From positions 4,683-68,682 of the forward strand of contig JABXHQ010000004.1 of NCBI GenBank assembly GCA_013373545.1: 64,000 nt of DNA, read 5' to 3'. The notes under the pieces were generated by a model. That model was given only the letters and a program-made list of their open reading frames with translations, searched no databases and was not told the DNA's origin. Each line of letters starts with the position of its first letter. Position 1 is the stretch's first letter. Positions 9,602 through 19,743 of this stretch are shown piece after piece. Origin of the DNA: Gammaproteobacteria bacterium. GTDB lineage: Bacteria > Pseudomonadota > Gammaproteobacteria > Enterobacterales > Kangiellaceae. The position numbers were made by a program, and so were the translations under genes.

Positions 9602-10918
9602 ATTCACCATGGGTTTATTACAAGGCAATGGCTTTTGGCTCGAATCGGCAATGGAATATATTTTCAGCTGTGCGGCCAAATTTTCCCCAAACTCATTAAA
9701 CTGAATGCGCCCACTGAAACCAGAGTATTGAAGCTGGCCGTGCTTTTTATATAAAGCACTGATGTTTTGATAATCCTTGTGAGAAATAGTTTGACCGGTG
9801 CCGGTCAACGCTTGCATCGCGTCTTTATAATCAATATTAAACTCCGCCACTAGCGTATTCGCCATTGCTAATAGTACCACGGCATCGTGCACATAAGCGG
9901 CGTCAAACCCGGCAGAATCGCGATTCAGCAGCGCCTTGATAGAATCTCTTAAGGTAGGATTTAAATCAGCTGGTGATGCAACATAGGTGTAAATGCACTG
10001 TGCGATGGTCCCCAGTTCAGCATCACGAATATATTTCGGCTTTACCGTGTCAGCGGCTAAAATCAAGGGTAAGTCGCCACGCCAATGGGTTCGGATTTTT
10101 TTTAACATCGCATTCATCTGTGCGGTTGGAAGGGTGATAACAATGGCCGTCGCGCCACTGTCTTGAATTCGATTCACCTCTTCTTGTAAATTCATGCCCT
10201 CGAGATACACAAGGTGGCTTAAGCTTAAATGCTCAATTACCCCACCGGCAACGCCCGTCATTTTATTTTCTAAACCCGCTAATAACTCTTGGCTGTATAA
10301 ATCGCGCCCCGCTACCACGTACAGTTTGCGATGGTTCATTTGTTCGGTGAGAAACTGATGAATAAAAGTTACTTGTTGCTCATTGTTTGCAACCATGCGC
10401 CAAAACAGTTGCTGCTTACTAAGGTGTGCTAGCTCAACGGCTGAAGCGGCTTGAGTGATTAAGGGAATCTTCTTCGGTATTGCAACCTTCTTTAGCACAT
10501 CTTCGACACTGTTTGACGTCGCCGGACCGACCAGCGCTTGCACGTCATAATCGGCTATCAAAGTGTGAGCTAGCCGAGCCGACACCGGGGTATTTTCTTC
10601 ATCGTCAGCGCGCAAAACAACCAACCGCTTACCGCGGATCCCGCCATGTCGATTGATCCACTCAGTCGCCACATCGGCGGCCGCAATAATCTCTCCAGAA
10701 TAAACCGGGAAACTGCTGATAGGGGCAAGAATAGCAAAATGGATCGTATCCGTAGCCATTTTGTTATTGTCGGGCTGAGTGATCACCATTGAACCACGAT
10801 CCCGTTCTAATGGGATATTCATCAATTCCTTGATGGAAAGTGATTTAAGTTCATCTTCCGGCTCTGCAAACAACGGCATAGCGATTAATGAACTCAACAC
10901 GATCAACAGTATGCGCAT
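9590..10918 (-). CDS. Periplasmic binding protein type 1 (branched-chain amino acid/LivJ-like), orphan
   Basis: Signal peptide; 'INRHGGIRGKRLVVLRADDE', 'ALVGPATS', 'AAYVHDAV', 'YSGFSGRIQFNEFG'. Confidence 0.8.
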   Translation of the reverse strand: MRILLIVLSSLIAMPLFAEPEDELKSLSIKELMNIPLERDRGSMVITQPDNNKMATDTIHFAILAPISSFPVYSGEIIAAADVATEWINRHGGIRGKRLVVLRADDEENTPVSARLAHTLIADYDVQALVGPATSNSVEDVLKKVAIPKKIPLITQAASAVELAHLSKQQLFWRMVANNEQQVTFIHQFLTEQMNHRKLYVVAGRDLYSQELLAGLENKMTGVAGGVIEHLSLSHLVYLEGMNLQEEVNRIQDSGATAIVITLPTAQMNAMLKKIRTHWRGDLPLILAADTVKPKYIRDAELGTIAQCIYTYVASPADLNPTLRDSIKALLNRDSAGFDAAYVHDAVVLLAMANTLVAEFNIDYKDAMQALTGTGQTISHKDYQNISALYKKHGQLQYSGFSGRIQFNEFGENLAAQLKIYSIADSSQKPLPCNKPMVNSGP

Positions 10919-11016
10919 ATTAGGGTCACCGCAATCTAGCGTTCAGCTTTAAGTATCGCCACAAATACCAATTAGTGCAAATTTTGGCGCATCACTAGTT
11001 TGTCCCCCTCAAGCCA

Positions 11017-11913
11017 CTAGGCAGATGGTTGAAACTGCTCGCTGAGCGCTTGGTAGATAGCCCAAATACCTTCGGTCATCAACACGAAGTCGGCGTTGAA
11101 CTTAGTCGCGGCATCTTCAATATTTAACTCATCATTCTGATTCACCAACTCATCGCTAAACTTCAACGACTTGACCTGCATATCATCGTGTAAATTAAAC
11201 TTTGCAATATCTTTAAACTGCATTCCAAGTTTGCTGACCCAAAATCCATCGGCAACTAGGTCGGTTAATATTCCACTGTCAGATTCATTATTCTTAAATC
11301 GGGCCACGCGCTCATCGGCCGGATCTTTCAGCTCGTACTCTCCAGTTGGTTCAAAGCCTTGCGGGAAGCCTTCAACCAGCCATTGATTCATGATTTTGGC
11401 AGGGTTTTCTGTAGCATCGAATTTAACCGCACCTAACACGCCAACAGCATCGATCAATAAGCTGATGAAAGTATCGGCAATCGCGTGGGACCCTGCATTG
11501 ACCGCCATATAGCCATTTTTTGGATCAATATATCCGAGAATATGGGCCGAGCGAGTGAAGGCTTGAGGCAACAATCGAGCTAATATGTCTTCTTTTAACT
11601 GCTGCCGCTCTTTGCGAAACACCTTTCGTGCTTGTTCATGTTCGAGCGCTTCTACGCGTTCTTCTAAAGCTTCATTGATTGTACTAGGCGGAATTACTTT
11701 TTGTTCACGGCGCATACAGAACAATAAGCAACCATTCGCATTAATCACTAATTCATCTGACTTTCGGTGCAGTGGCGAAACAAAACCAACCGACTCTTTA
11801 GCTTGTCGAGCGCAGGGTTGAAAGCGAAAAGACTCGAGCTTTTCGACTAACAATTGCTCATTAATTGGACAAGACTCGGTAAATTGATAAAAATGAATAT
11901 TGCGAAACCACAT
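11017..11913 (-). CDS. rdgC: Recombination-associated protein RdgC
   Basis: 'MWFRNIHFYQF', 'ESVGFVSP', 'LLPQAFTR', 'ADFVLM'. Confidence 0.92.
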   Translation of the reverse strand: MWFRNIHFYQFTESCPINEQLLVEKLESFRFQPCARQAKESVGFVSPLHRKSDELVINANGCLLFCMRREQKVIPPSTINEALEERVEALEHEQARKVFRKERQQLKEDILARLLPQAFTRSAHILGYIDPKNGYMAVNAGSHAIADTFISLLIDAVGVLGAVKFDATENPAKIMNQWLVEGFPQGFEPTGEYELKDPADERVARFKNNESDSGILTDLVADGFWVSKLGMQFKDIAKFNLHDDMQVKSLKFSDELVNQNDELNIEDAATKFNADFVLMTEGIWAIYQALSEQFQPSA

Positions 11914-11990
11914 AACGCCTCTACTTCAACAGCAATAAAAATCGGCGCCCATTATGCCCATCTCAACCGTCAAATACGAGCCTCAACCGG

Positions 11991-12506
11991 TTATTTTTCG
12001 CTAGCCTTACTATCTTGTTGAATTATCGAAACAATGTTCTTAGCAAGGTGATTTGGAATCGGGATCGTCAAGTGGTATTGGGCAATTCGCCAGCAGCCAG
12101 ACTGCTTAACCAGCACGCCACTTCCCCGCGTTTCGCCATAACTTTCATTGTAGAGGCGCTCCACAAACCACGCGGTTGTCTGATCACTGGAAAGCTTAAC
12201 TTGGCGCCAAGTCACCCGATAGGTCCAGCCCTGCCCCTTGACGAAATAAGGCTCAGCAAACCGCTTAAACTCGGCTAGAGACCATATTTCATCGGCGTCA
12301 GTTCCAACAAAGGTCGCAGCAGGCATAAACAATTGAAAGTAAGTGTTAGCATCGGCTTTAGCCGCCGCGTGATGCAATTGGTCGAGCACTCGCGGTGGCT
12401 GTGGCAAACAAAGCGGTGCCGCACTTGGCGAAGTGGCTAAGGCCGTCGCTGCTGCGCTGACAAGAGCACCAATAACGAGAAAACGGGTGAATCGATCAAA
12501 CAACAT
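11991..12506 (-). CDS. SnoaL-like/NTF2 family exported protein
   Basis: 'LDQLHHAAAKAD..YF', 'FVGTDADEIW', 'YGETRGSGVL', 'WRIAQYHLTIPIPN'. Start set at ATG 12506. Confidence 0.8.
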   Translation of the reverse strand: MLFDRFTRFLVIGALVSAAATALATSPSAAPLCLPQPPRVLDQLHHAAAKADANTYFQLFMPAATFVGTDADEIWSLAEFKRFAEPYFVKGQGWTYRVTWRQVKLSSDQTTAWFVERLYNESYGETRGSGVLVKQSGCWRIAQYHLTIPIPNHLAKNIVSIIQQDSKASEK

Positions 12507-12565
12507 AGTAGGCTTCCTTATGCGAACGCGCGAGATTGCAACGACCGAGCTTGCCAAACTCGGGA

Positions 12566-13153
12566 TTAATCCAATGCGTCAAAAATGGCTTGTAAGCGCG
12601 CTCGCCAATACGGCGCTCCTTTCTTATTCGCATGAGCGATATTTCGTTGCGGAATGTTTTCCGGTGCCGACAAATCGCTTAGCGCTTGACTTAAACTGGC
12701 TTCGCGTAACAAATGAAGAATTGGGTACGGCGATCGATTGGTAAAGTTTTCAGCCGCATCAGGCGACGTTCCGGCAAAGCAGTAATCGGGATGAAAATGC
12801 GCGACCTGATAAATACCACTAAAACCTGCCTGCTCAATAAATTCATCACTGTAATCAATGAGCATCAGAAAATCATCGAACTCATGGAAACAATCGGGAA
12901 AAATAATCAGCGTCGTTTCTATCAATGAGTCCTGACTCAAACGCGTCGCTTCTTCAGACAGCTCACTTAACGCCCAAATTAAATTTTGCTCCAGCGACTC
13001 ATTGCTTGGCGCGCCTCCGACGATATGATAACGGACCGAACTTTCCTCATAGGGCTGTTTCGCGAAAGGACAAAAGCGCTCGCCGATAACTATTTGCGCT
13101 AACCATTGCTTTACTTGCCGCTCAATATTGCTGTCATTGACATTACTGCTCAT
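12566..13153 (-). CDS. DUF1415 family protein
   Basis: 'WLAQIVIGERFCPFA', 'QVAHFHPDY.F', 'NFTNRSPYPILHLLRE'. Confidence 0.85.
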   Translation of the reverse strand: MSSNVNDSNIERQVKQWLAQIVIGERFCPFAKQPYEESSVRYHIVGGAPSNESLEQNLIWALSELSEEATRLSQDSLIETTLIIFPDCFHEFDDFLMLIDYSDEFIEQAGFSGIYQVAHFHPDYCFAGTSPDAAENFTNRSPYPILHLLREASLSQALSDLSAPENIPQRNIAHANKKGAPYWRARLQAIFDALD

Positions 13154-13653
13154 GCTGGCTCACTTAGTTCGGTTATGGCAACTGGGGTCATTATGTGGCC
13201 AGTTCGCGACAAAAATTGGTCTACATCTTCACGTTGTAACACAAAGGTTTCACGATTATTGCCGGGATGCGCTTGCCAAGCACTTGCAGCTAGCAAGTCA
13301 CTATCAACTAATAGCTCTACCGCCTGAGCATTTGGATGACACAAAGCAAGCAAGCTTACATGTCCAGGCTTAACACCGAGATAATGTTCAAGTCTTCGCG
13401 GTGAAGCAAATCCTAGTCGAGAGACCGCGATATCTTTTGATAACTGCTTTAAGTCTACGCTCAGGTGCGGGCGGCATAATAATAAAAAATGACGCCTTCG
13501 ATAATTATCATTTAAAAACAAATTTTTAATCGCTACCCCAGCACGCTCAACTCCCAGGCGTGAAGCGGCCTGACAGTCTTCAAGCGGAGGGTGCTGATAA
13601 CATTGATAAGCAATGCGATATCGATTAAGAAAGTCAGTAATAGTAGCGCGCAT
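13150..13653 (-). CDS. ProXp-ala/PrdX-type aminoacyl-tRNA deacylase (YbaK superfamily)
   Basis: 'HPPL', 'KNLFL', 'RLGFAS', 'LGVKPGHVSLLAL', 'HPGNN..T'. Start set at ATG 13653. Confidence 0.85.
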   Translation of the reverse strand: MRATITDFLNRYRIAYQCYQHPPLEDCQAASRLGVERAGVAIKNLFLNDNYRRRHFLLLCRPHLSVDLKQLSKDIAVSRLGFASPRRLEHYLGVKPGHVSLLALCHPNAQAVELLVDSDLLAASAWQAHPGNNRETFVLQREDVDQFLSRTGHIMTPVAITELSEPA

Positions 13654-13657
13654 AACT

Positions 13658-15151
13658 CTATTGTAATGAAAACTTAAAAAACGCTGCAAGATCGTCTTTT
13701 AGTTTTATTAAGTCATGCTCACGAATATACATCATATGGCCAGACTCGTAGTAGGTCATTTGGATATTATCTTTTAACGCTGAAGGTAAACCCATATGAG
13801 AGAAGTTATATTCAGTAGCAAAAAATGGCGTCGCCATATCAAAGTAACCATTCGCGACAAATACTTTCATGTCTGGATTGCGCAACATAGCGTGTCTTAA
13901 TTTACGTGACATATCAAACTGGTCACGTGCCAATTCTTGAGTATTCCAAGACTCGATTAACCCGCCAAGAATGTAATAAACCAAATCGGATTTGAAGTTA
14001 AGCTCACTGCTCAAATAGTTCATCAACGATTCCGTGTAAGGACCATGGATTGCCATATAACTTGGGTCACGATACCCGGGCTGCTTCATTGCATCAATTT
14101 CTTCGGTAATAAAACGGCTGTCTAAGCGACCGATGGTTAGGCCTTCGTCGCGTCGCAAATGATGCACAAAAGTCGACATATCAATAATTAAATTATTCAA
14201 TAATATGAAGTCTTTACTTAATCCGGTCAGTTCCGCTAAACGAGTCGCCACATTCGCGCGTTTTTCTGGTGCTAAATTATCGCCTTGCAATAACGCTAAT
14301 GCATAATCGTTTAATGCAAACTGCTTGGCTTCAGCGATGGCCTGGTCAATTGAAGCAAACCTGTCCCCTAGTTTGTTGTGGTAATAAGCGGTCGCGGTGT
14401 AAGTCGGTAGCAAAGTAATTGGAGCTTGTAAGTTAACGCCGGCATCGAACTCGTCGAGCGTATAATTAAGAATGCTTGAAATTAAGATAATACCGTTAAA
14501 GTTGACCCCTAAGTTTTGTCCCATATGATAGGCGATCCCAGCCGAGCGCAAGGTTCCGTAACTTTCGCCAGCAAGGAACTTCGGAGAAGACCAACGTTCA
14601 TTACGGGTTAAGTACAAACGAATAAAATCGGAAACGGTGCGAATATCTTCCCAAGTACCATGAAAGTCTTGGTAATCGCCCTCGCCGCCCGGACGACTAT
14701 AACCGGTGCCAACCGGGTCAATAAATACGATATCGGTTAAATCCAGTATTGAATAAGCATTATCAATCGCTTGATAGGGTGGCTTTGGCATAAAACCTTC
14801 TTTATCCATCACTACCCGTTTCGGACCAAAAGTTCCCATATGCAGCCAAACCGAAGCAGAACCGGGTCCACCGTTATAGGCAAATGTGATTGGACGATTT
14901 TTCTTGGCATTTTTTTTGGTATAAGCAACATAAAAAATATTGCCGATTTTTTGATGCTGTTTATTGTAGATATTTGAGGTACCCGTCGTCGCAATGTAGT
15001 CTAGCGATTTACCACCAATTTTAACTCGGTGCTCAGTGACACGCTTGATTTCCTCAGGAAACGGATCCTGTACAGTTTTCTCTTCTTGCGCCCAGCCAAG
15101 GCTGTAGCTACACAGTAAAACAACAGTTATAAAGCGTTTAATTAACATCAT
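13658..15151 (-). CDS. Secreted serine carboxypeptidase, S10 family
   Basis: 'NGGPGSAS', 'FIDPVGTGYS', catalytic 'GESYGT', 'GYFDMATP', 'YESGHMMY'. Start set at ATG 15151. Confidence 0.92.
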   Translation of the reverse strand: MMLIKRFITVVLLCSYSLGWAQEEKTVQDPFPEEIKRVTEHRVKIGGKSLDYIATTGTSNIYNKQHQKIGNIFYVAYTKKNAKKNRPITFAYNGGPGSASVWLHMGTFGPKRVVMDKEGFMPKPPYQAIDNAYSILDLTDIVFIDPVGTGYSRPGGEGDYQDFHGTWEDIRTVSDFIRLYLTRNERWSSPKFLAGESYGTLRSAGIAYHMGQNLGVNFNGIILISSILNYTLDEFDAGVNLQAPITLLPTYTATAYYHNKLGDRFASIDQAIAEAKQFALNDYALALLQGDNLAPEKRANVATRLAELTGLSKDFILLNNLIIDMSTFVHHLRRDEGLTIGRLDSRFITEEIDAMKQPGYRDPSYMAIHGPYTESLMNYLSSELNFKSDLVYYILGGLIESWNTQELARDQFDMSRKLRHAMLRNPDMKVFVANGYFDMATPFFATEYNFSHMGLPSALKDNIQMTYYESGHMMYIREHDLIKLKDDLAAFFKFSLQ

Positions 15152-15377
15152 CACGGCCCCAAATGATTTTAAAAATGAGATACTAGCACAATCGTCGCGA
15201 GAATCAGCGACTAGCAAATAGAAAAAGATTAACAAATTGCAACTTGCCAACCACTACTTAATCGAGTAGTATCCTTTTCAACGAAACGCTTAACTTATGG
15301 AAATTGGCCAATCGCCACTTGCCATCAGGTAGGCTCAATTAATGTAATCTGTATTCAATCTATTGGAGTAACCCAAT

Positions 15378-15674
15378 ATGGCAGTGGTGACCTTATTTAT
15401 GTCTGACCGAGATCAATCGAAAACATTTACTGATAAAAAAGAAGCCGATCAGTATGACAAAATGCTTGAATTGGCCGAGAACGTTAGCGCGTGGGTCGAA
15501 GCGAAAATCGACGGTCTTACTGAGCAGCAAGTAGAGGCTATAGGTATGTTGTTTGCCGAGAATAAAGATCAATTAGCAAAAGCAATCAAAGGCAAGCCAG
15601 AAGTACTATTGACTGAAACTACAGAAGCATCGAATGAAGCCGACAAAGTTACGCCAATTGCCGTTAACGATTAG
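15378..15674 (+). CDS. yebG: YebG family protein
   Basis: 'MAVVTLF....KTFTDKKEADQYDKMLELAE' and 'E.IGMLFAENKDQL..AIKGKP'; GGAG RBS. Confidence 0.8.
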   Translation: MAVVTLFMSDRDQSKTFTDKKEADQYDKMLELAENVSAWVEAKIDGLTEQQVEAIGMLFAENKDQLAKAIKGKPEVLLTETTEASNEADKVTPIAVND

Positions 15675-15844
15675 TCAGTCTTTACGCTCCATTAATAAAA
15701 CTGCACAGTCACTGAATATCGATAAAAGCCTTAATAAGATCGCTATTTTTTGTGCAGTTTTCACTCAACATTGATTTTTTAAACAAATCAACTTATCTTC
15801 TTGATATTAGGAATGGAATACCGTTTCAATTTTCAAGAGGATTT

Positions 15845-16273
15845 ATGAGACTTTTAACCTCATTAATACTATTTGCGTTTTATAGCGGTTTTGCAATGAG
15901 CGCAGAACTTACCGGATTGTGGCTCGGCAGTTATTACTACGATAAACCACAAGCCGGTGAAGATCGTGCTTTCGACTTCTCAATCGTTTTTGAACAAGAG
16001 GCAAATAAACTCGCAGGCAAAGCATTAGAGCCACGTTATTTTGGCGATAATAATGAAGCCGCTTTGTTATCACGAATTGTCGGACTAACCGATGGCAAGC
16101 GAGTGTGGTTTAACAAAACCTATGATGGCAGTGCAGGACAAACACATACCGTAAAATACGACTTGGTCATTCAGGCCGATGAAACCATGATGCTGGGCAC
16201 CTGGCATATTCCCGGATCCGATCGCAGTGGCAAAGTTAAAATATACAAAGTTATCTCTGAAAAGGACTTTTAA
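15845..16273 (+). CDS. Hypothetical exported beta-rich protein
   Basis: Signal peptide (MRLLTSLILFAFYSGFAMSA); 'GLWLGSYYY', 'FNKTYDG', 'GTWHI'. Confidence 0.6.
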   Translation: MRLLTSLILFAFYSGFAMSAELTGLWLGSYYYDKPQAGEDRAFDFSIVFEQEANKLAGKALEPRYFGDNNEAALLSRIVGLTDGKRVWFNKTYDGSAGQTHTVKYDLVIQADETMMLGTWHIPGSDRSGKVKIYKVISEKDF

Positions 16274-16329
16274 GCCAGTTATTCCGTTATTACTAGCGTT
16301 ATCTCGACTCGTTTGCTTGAGCTCTGATC

Positions 16330-18768
16330 ATGCCAGTCGGTAAAGGCTTTATCTTATCTAAAGACTGGTACGACTCACGCCAACACGGACTGTGTTTCGA
16401 ATACTGGGTGAGTACTGACCAAGGTCCCTTTCAACTCATCTTTCAACAGCAGTCTTCAGTGTTTTTTGTTACCGAGAAAGATTTACCAACGGTCAAGCAG
16501 CTGCTAAATAAAGAGATTGAATCTGGGCATTGGCGTTACCAATCGCTAACTCTAAAATCCTTTACCGATGAAAACATGGTTGGAATTTATTTCACCCGCC
16601 AAAACGCATTTTACCGCGCACGTTCGGCGCTTAGAAATATTGATATCTACCCTCTCGAATCGGACATTCAACCACAACAACGTTTTTTGATGGAGCGATT
16701 TATAACTGCGGGCATTGACTTTGAGTATACTTCTGACGCACTCGATAAACAGCAACCTCAGCGCATTTATAACCCTCGTATTCGCAGCGGAAATCATCGA
16801 CCTCAGTTAAGTTTGTTATCACTGGACATTGAAACATCAATGGATGGCCGGCATCTATATTCTATAGGCCTGATGCTACAAAGTGAAAAGCAAACAGAGC
16901 GTCTTGTCTTAATGGTCAACCTAAACAATGAAAAAAGTGAAATCGACTACTTAACCTATTTCTCGAGTGAAAAGGATCTACTAACTCATTTTATTGAACG
17001 CTTTCAAATGCTCGACCCCGACATTGTAACCGGTTGGAATGTGATTAATTTTGACCTCCGGTTTTTACAGAAAAAATGCGAGCAACATGGCCTTGCTTTG
17101 CGACTCGGTCGTTTACAAACGCCACTGCAGTGGCGCACCGCGATGGACAACGAACAACACTTTTTAGTAGACGTACCCGGAAGAGCAGTACTCGACGGGA
17201 TCGAGACAATGCGCTCTGCTACTTATAACTTTGAAAGTTTTAGCCTTAATGCAGTAGCGAAGCAACTGCTCGGTAAAGAAAAGTTATTTCACGGAAGTAA
17301 TCGCGGCGACGATATTGAATATAATTTTCAGCATAACAAACCTCTGCTCGCAGAGTACAACTTAATCGATTGTGAGCTGGTGTTAGAAATTTTCGCTCAT
17401 TGCCACTTAATTAATTTTTCTATTGAGCGAGCGTTTCTTACTGGTTTAAATATCGATCGTTTCGGAGGTTCGGTCGCAGCGTTTGATAATCGATATCTAC
17501 CATTATTACATCGAAATGGCTATATCGCGCCAAATATTCCGCAAACGCCTGAAAATATTGGTAGCCCCGGAGGTTATGTAATGGATTCTAAACCGGGTAT
17601 TTACCATCACGTTTTAGTGCTCGATTTTAAAAGTCTGTATCCGAGTATCATTCGTACGTTTAATATTGATCCACAAGGGCTGATCGAAGGGCTAAAGATT
17701 GAGCCGCATACGGCAATTAAAGATCAACAGGAAACCAAAGTTCACGATCCTCGTTTAGTAATTAGCGGGTTTAATGGTGCAGTTTTTTCTCGGAATGAAA
17801 GTATTCTTCCACAATTGATCGAGCATCTCTGGCAAGCACGCGATCGCGCAAAGCGTGAAAACAATCCCGCCATGTCGCAAGCTATTAAGATATTGATGAA
17901 TTCATTTTATGGCGTACTGGGAACGCCCGGCTGTCGTTTTTTTGACTTTCGCCTGCCGAGCTCTATTACTCTACGAGGCCATCAAATTCTTTATAAAACA
18001 AAAGCGGTCATTGAGCAAAAGGGCTACCAAGTCATCTATGGTGATACTGATTCAGTGTTTGTTTGGCTCAAAGGTTTTCATCAAAAAATCAACCCAGATA
18101 CCATCAACGATATTGGTCAGTCGCTTGCCTCCGAGCTCAATCAATGGTGGCGCAATTTTATCAGCGAAGAGTATCAGCTAACTAGCCATCTTGAACTCGA
18201 GTTCGAAACTCAATTTCAAACTTTCATCATGCCAACGATTCGCGGTTCCGAGCGTGGTTCGAAGAAACGTTATGCAGGACTGCAAGTAAATGATGGTCGG
18301 GAAAAACTAGTATTTAAAGGATTAGAATCGGTTAGAACTGACTGGACTCTCGCCGCAAGAGAATTTCAAACGGAGCTTTATCGTCGAGTGTTTTACCATG
18401 AAGAATTTCAGTCGTTTATTGTCGAGACAGTCGCCAAAATTCAACGCGGAGAGCTCGATGAAAAATTAATGTATCGGAAGCGAATTCGCCGTAAACTCGA
18501 TAGTTATCAACGTAACGTTCCGCCGCATATTCAAGCCGCACGCAAAGCCATTGAACGAGATAGCAATTTACAGAAAGCGTTTAGTAAAGGCGCTTGGGTT
18601 GAGTACTTTCTTACCCATAATGGACCCGAAGCTCGTCAGCAACGACATTCATCACTCGATTACGATTTATATATAGAGCGACAAATACGACCGATTGCCG
18701 ACAGTCTGTTACAATTTTATCAGCTGCGATTTGACGATCTTATCAACCCGCAGTCGACATTGTTTTAA
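16330..18768 (+). CDS. polB: DNA polymerase II (family B)
   Basis: Exo 'LSLDIET'; 'VLDFKSLYPSII', 'KILMNSFYGV', 'YGDTDS', 'KKRYAG', 'GLESVRTDWT'. Confidence 0.95.
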   Translation: MPVGKGFILSKDWYDSRQHGLCFEYWVSTDQGPFQLIFQQQSSVFFVTEKDLPTVKQLLNKEIESGHWRYQSLTLKSFTDENMVGIYFTRQNAFYRARSALRNIDIYPLESDIQPQQRFLMERFITAGIDFEYTSDALDKQQPQRIYNPRIRSGNHRPQLSLLSLDIETSMDGRHLYSIGLMLQSEKQTERLVLMVNLNNEKSEIDYLTYFSSEKDLLTHFIERFQMLDPDIVTGWNVINFDLRFLQKKCEQHGLALRLGRLQTPLQWRTAMDNEQHFLVDVPGRAVLDGIETMRSATYNFESFSLNAVAKQLLGKEKLFHGSNRGDDIEYNFQHNKPLLAEYNLIDCELVLEIFAHCHLINFSIERAFLTGLNIDRFGGSVAAFDNRYLPLLHRNGYIAPNIPQTPENIGSPGGYVMDSKPGIYHHVLVLDFKSLYPSIIRTFNIDPQGLIEGLKIEPHTAIKDQQETKVHDPRLVISGFNGAVFSRNESILPQLIEHLWQARDRAKRENNPAMSQAIKILMNSFYGVLGTPGCRFFDFRLPSSITLRGHQILYKTKAVIEQKGYQVIYGDTDSVFVWLKGFHQKINPDTINDIGQSLASELNQWWRNFISEEYQLTSHLELEFETQFQTFIMPTIRGSERGSKKRYAGLQVNDGREKLVFKGLESVRTDWTLAAREFQTELYRRVFYHEEFQSFIVETVAKIQRGELDEKLMYRKRIRRKLDSYQRNVPPHIQAARKAIERDSNLQKAFSKGAWVEYFLTHNGPEARQQRHSSLDYDLYIERQIRPIADSLLQFYQLRFDDLINPQSTLF

Positions 18769-18777
18769 AGCCAAGTT

Positions 18778-19320
18778 TTAAAGCCAACGCCAGGGCTTAC
18801 TTGCTTGCTCGGTGAAAGGAATATCGACATCCACGGTTCCGTACCCATGTTCAATTAATTGAGTGCGAACTTGATTGCAAAAATCGAGCGTATTCATTCG
18901 TACCAGCGTTTCATGATTACCGCCCTTAAAAACGATCTCAAAGCGCTCAAATAATTCACGAGCAAACAACACATTCATCCCGTAAAGATGCCCGAATGGT
19001 GGCTCAGCGCCGACTTCGCAGTCACTAAACATATGCTCCAGAACAGCATCGCTCAGCAAGTTAACTTGTTTACAGCCAAGTTCCTTCGCTAATGCTTTCG
19101 GAAAGACTTCACAATCGGCCGGAATAACCATCATTACGCGGGTAAAATCGTTGCTACTGGCAAATCCAACTAACTCAACAACTTCAACCCGTGCCAGCTG
19201 ATTCAAGGGGATTTGCGCCAGCACAGCCGTCTCCGCAAGTGACTCTGTGCGCGGATGATGAAGCATCTGGTAATGTATATTTTCAGCATCTAAATACTGA
19301 AAGGCTGTTGGCATGGTCAT
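18778..19320 (-). CDS. YbaK/EbsC-family aminoacyl-tRNA deacylase-like protein
   Basis: 'MLHHPRTES', 'FSDCEVGAEPPFG', 'GGNHETLVRM'. AGGAGG RBS before ATG 19320. Confidence 0.8.
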   Translation of the reverse strand: MTMPTAFQYLDAENIHYQMLHHPRTESLAETAVLAQIPLNQLARVEVVELVGFASSNDFTRVMMVIPADCEVFPKALAKELGCKQVNLLSDAVLEHMFSDCEVGAEPPFGHLYGMNVLFARELFERFEIVFKGGNHETLVRMNTLDFCNQVRTQLIEHGYGTVDVDIPFTEQASKPWRWL

Positions 19321-19448
19321 AACACCTCCTTGATGTTTTTTCCGCCCGAACATTCATATTAGTGTTTTTTCACAAAAATTCGCAACGGATTTGCCACCTA
19401 AGCCAGTAAATTCAGCAAAAGACAGCTGTTTAATCTCCTCAGCCTTTC

Positions 19449-19470
19449 AAAACCTTATTTTTCATAAGGT
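19449..19470 (-). terminator. Possible weak intrinsic terminator after the YodC-like gene
   Basis: ACCTTAT-GAAAA-ATAAGGT hairpin followed by a short U run on the minus strand. Confidence 0.4.
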
Positions 19471-19539
19471 GGCGTTATAGGAAACCCAACTTGAAAATCT
19501 CAGCTCTGCAATAACCACAAAGGTTACCGTTCGGCCGTA

Positions 19540-19743
19540 TTAACTCACTTTCTGTAATTGTTGCTGGTGAAAAACCTGCTTCTTCAGGGTTGTCCCAACA
19601 AACCATTTACATAAGACATCGTCTTCTTGGAAGCCATTCTCAATCAGCTGGCCAGCTTCTTTTTCGGGTAGCTGGTTGACCATTGAATAGACGGTCATTT
19701 TCACTTCGCCGTTTTCGACTTGAACTATGTCACCAATTTGCAT
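19540..19743 (-). CDS. YodC/DUF2158 family small protein
   Basis: 'IGDIVQ....KMTV', 'VLCKWF.G', 'F....L'; GAGG RBS. Confidence 0.75.
   Translation of the reverse strand: MQIGDIVQVENGEVKMTVYSMVNQLPEKEAGQLIENGFQEDDVLCKWFVGTTLKKQVFHQQQLQKVS

Noticed and set aside
7259-10918. Binding protein + GGDEF/EAL pair as an NspS/MbaA-like signalling system
   Set aside because: The GGDEF/EAL protein has no TM or periplasmic domain, and the genes are convergent rather than co-transcribed.
15345-15366. Possible LexA box upstream of yebG
   Set aside because: Only the CTGT half-site is present; there is no CAG at the required spacing.
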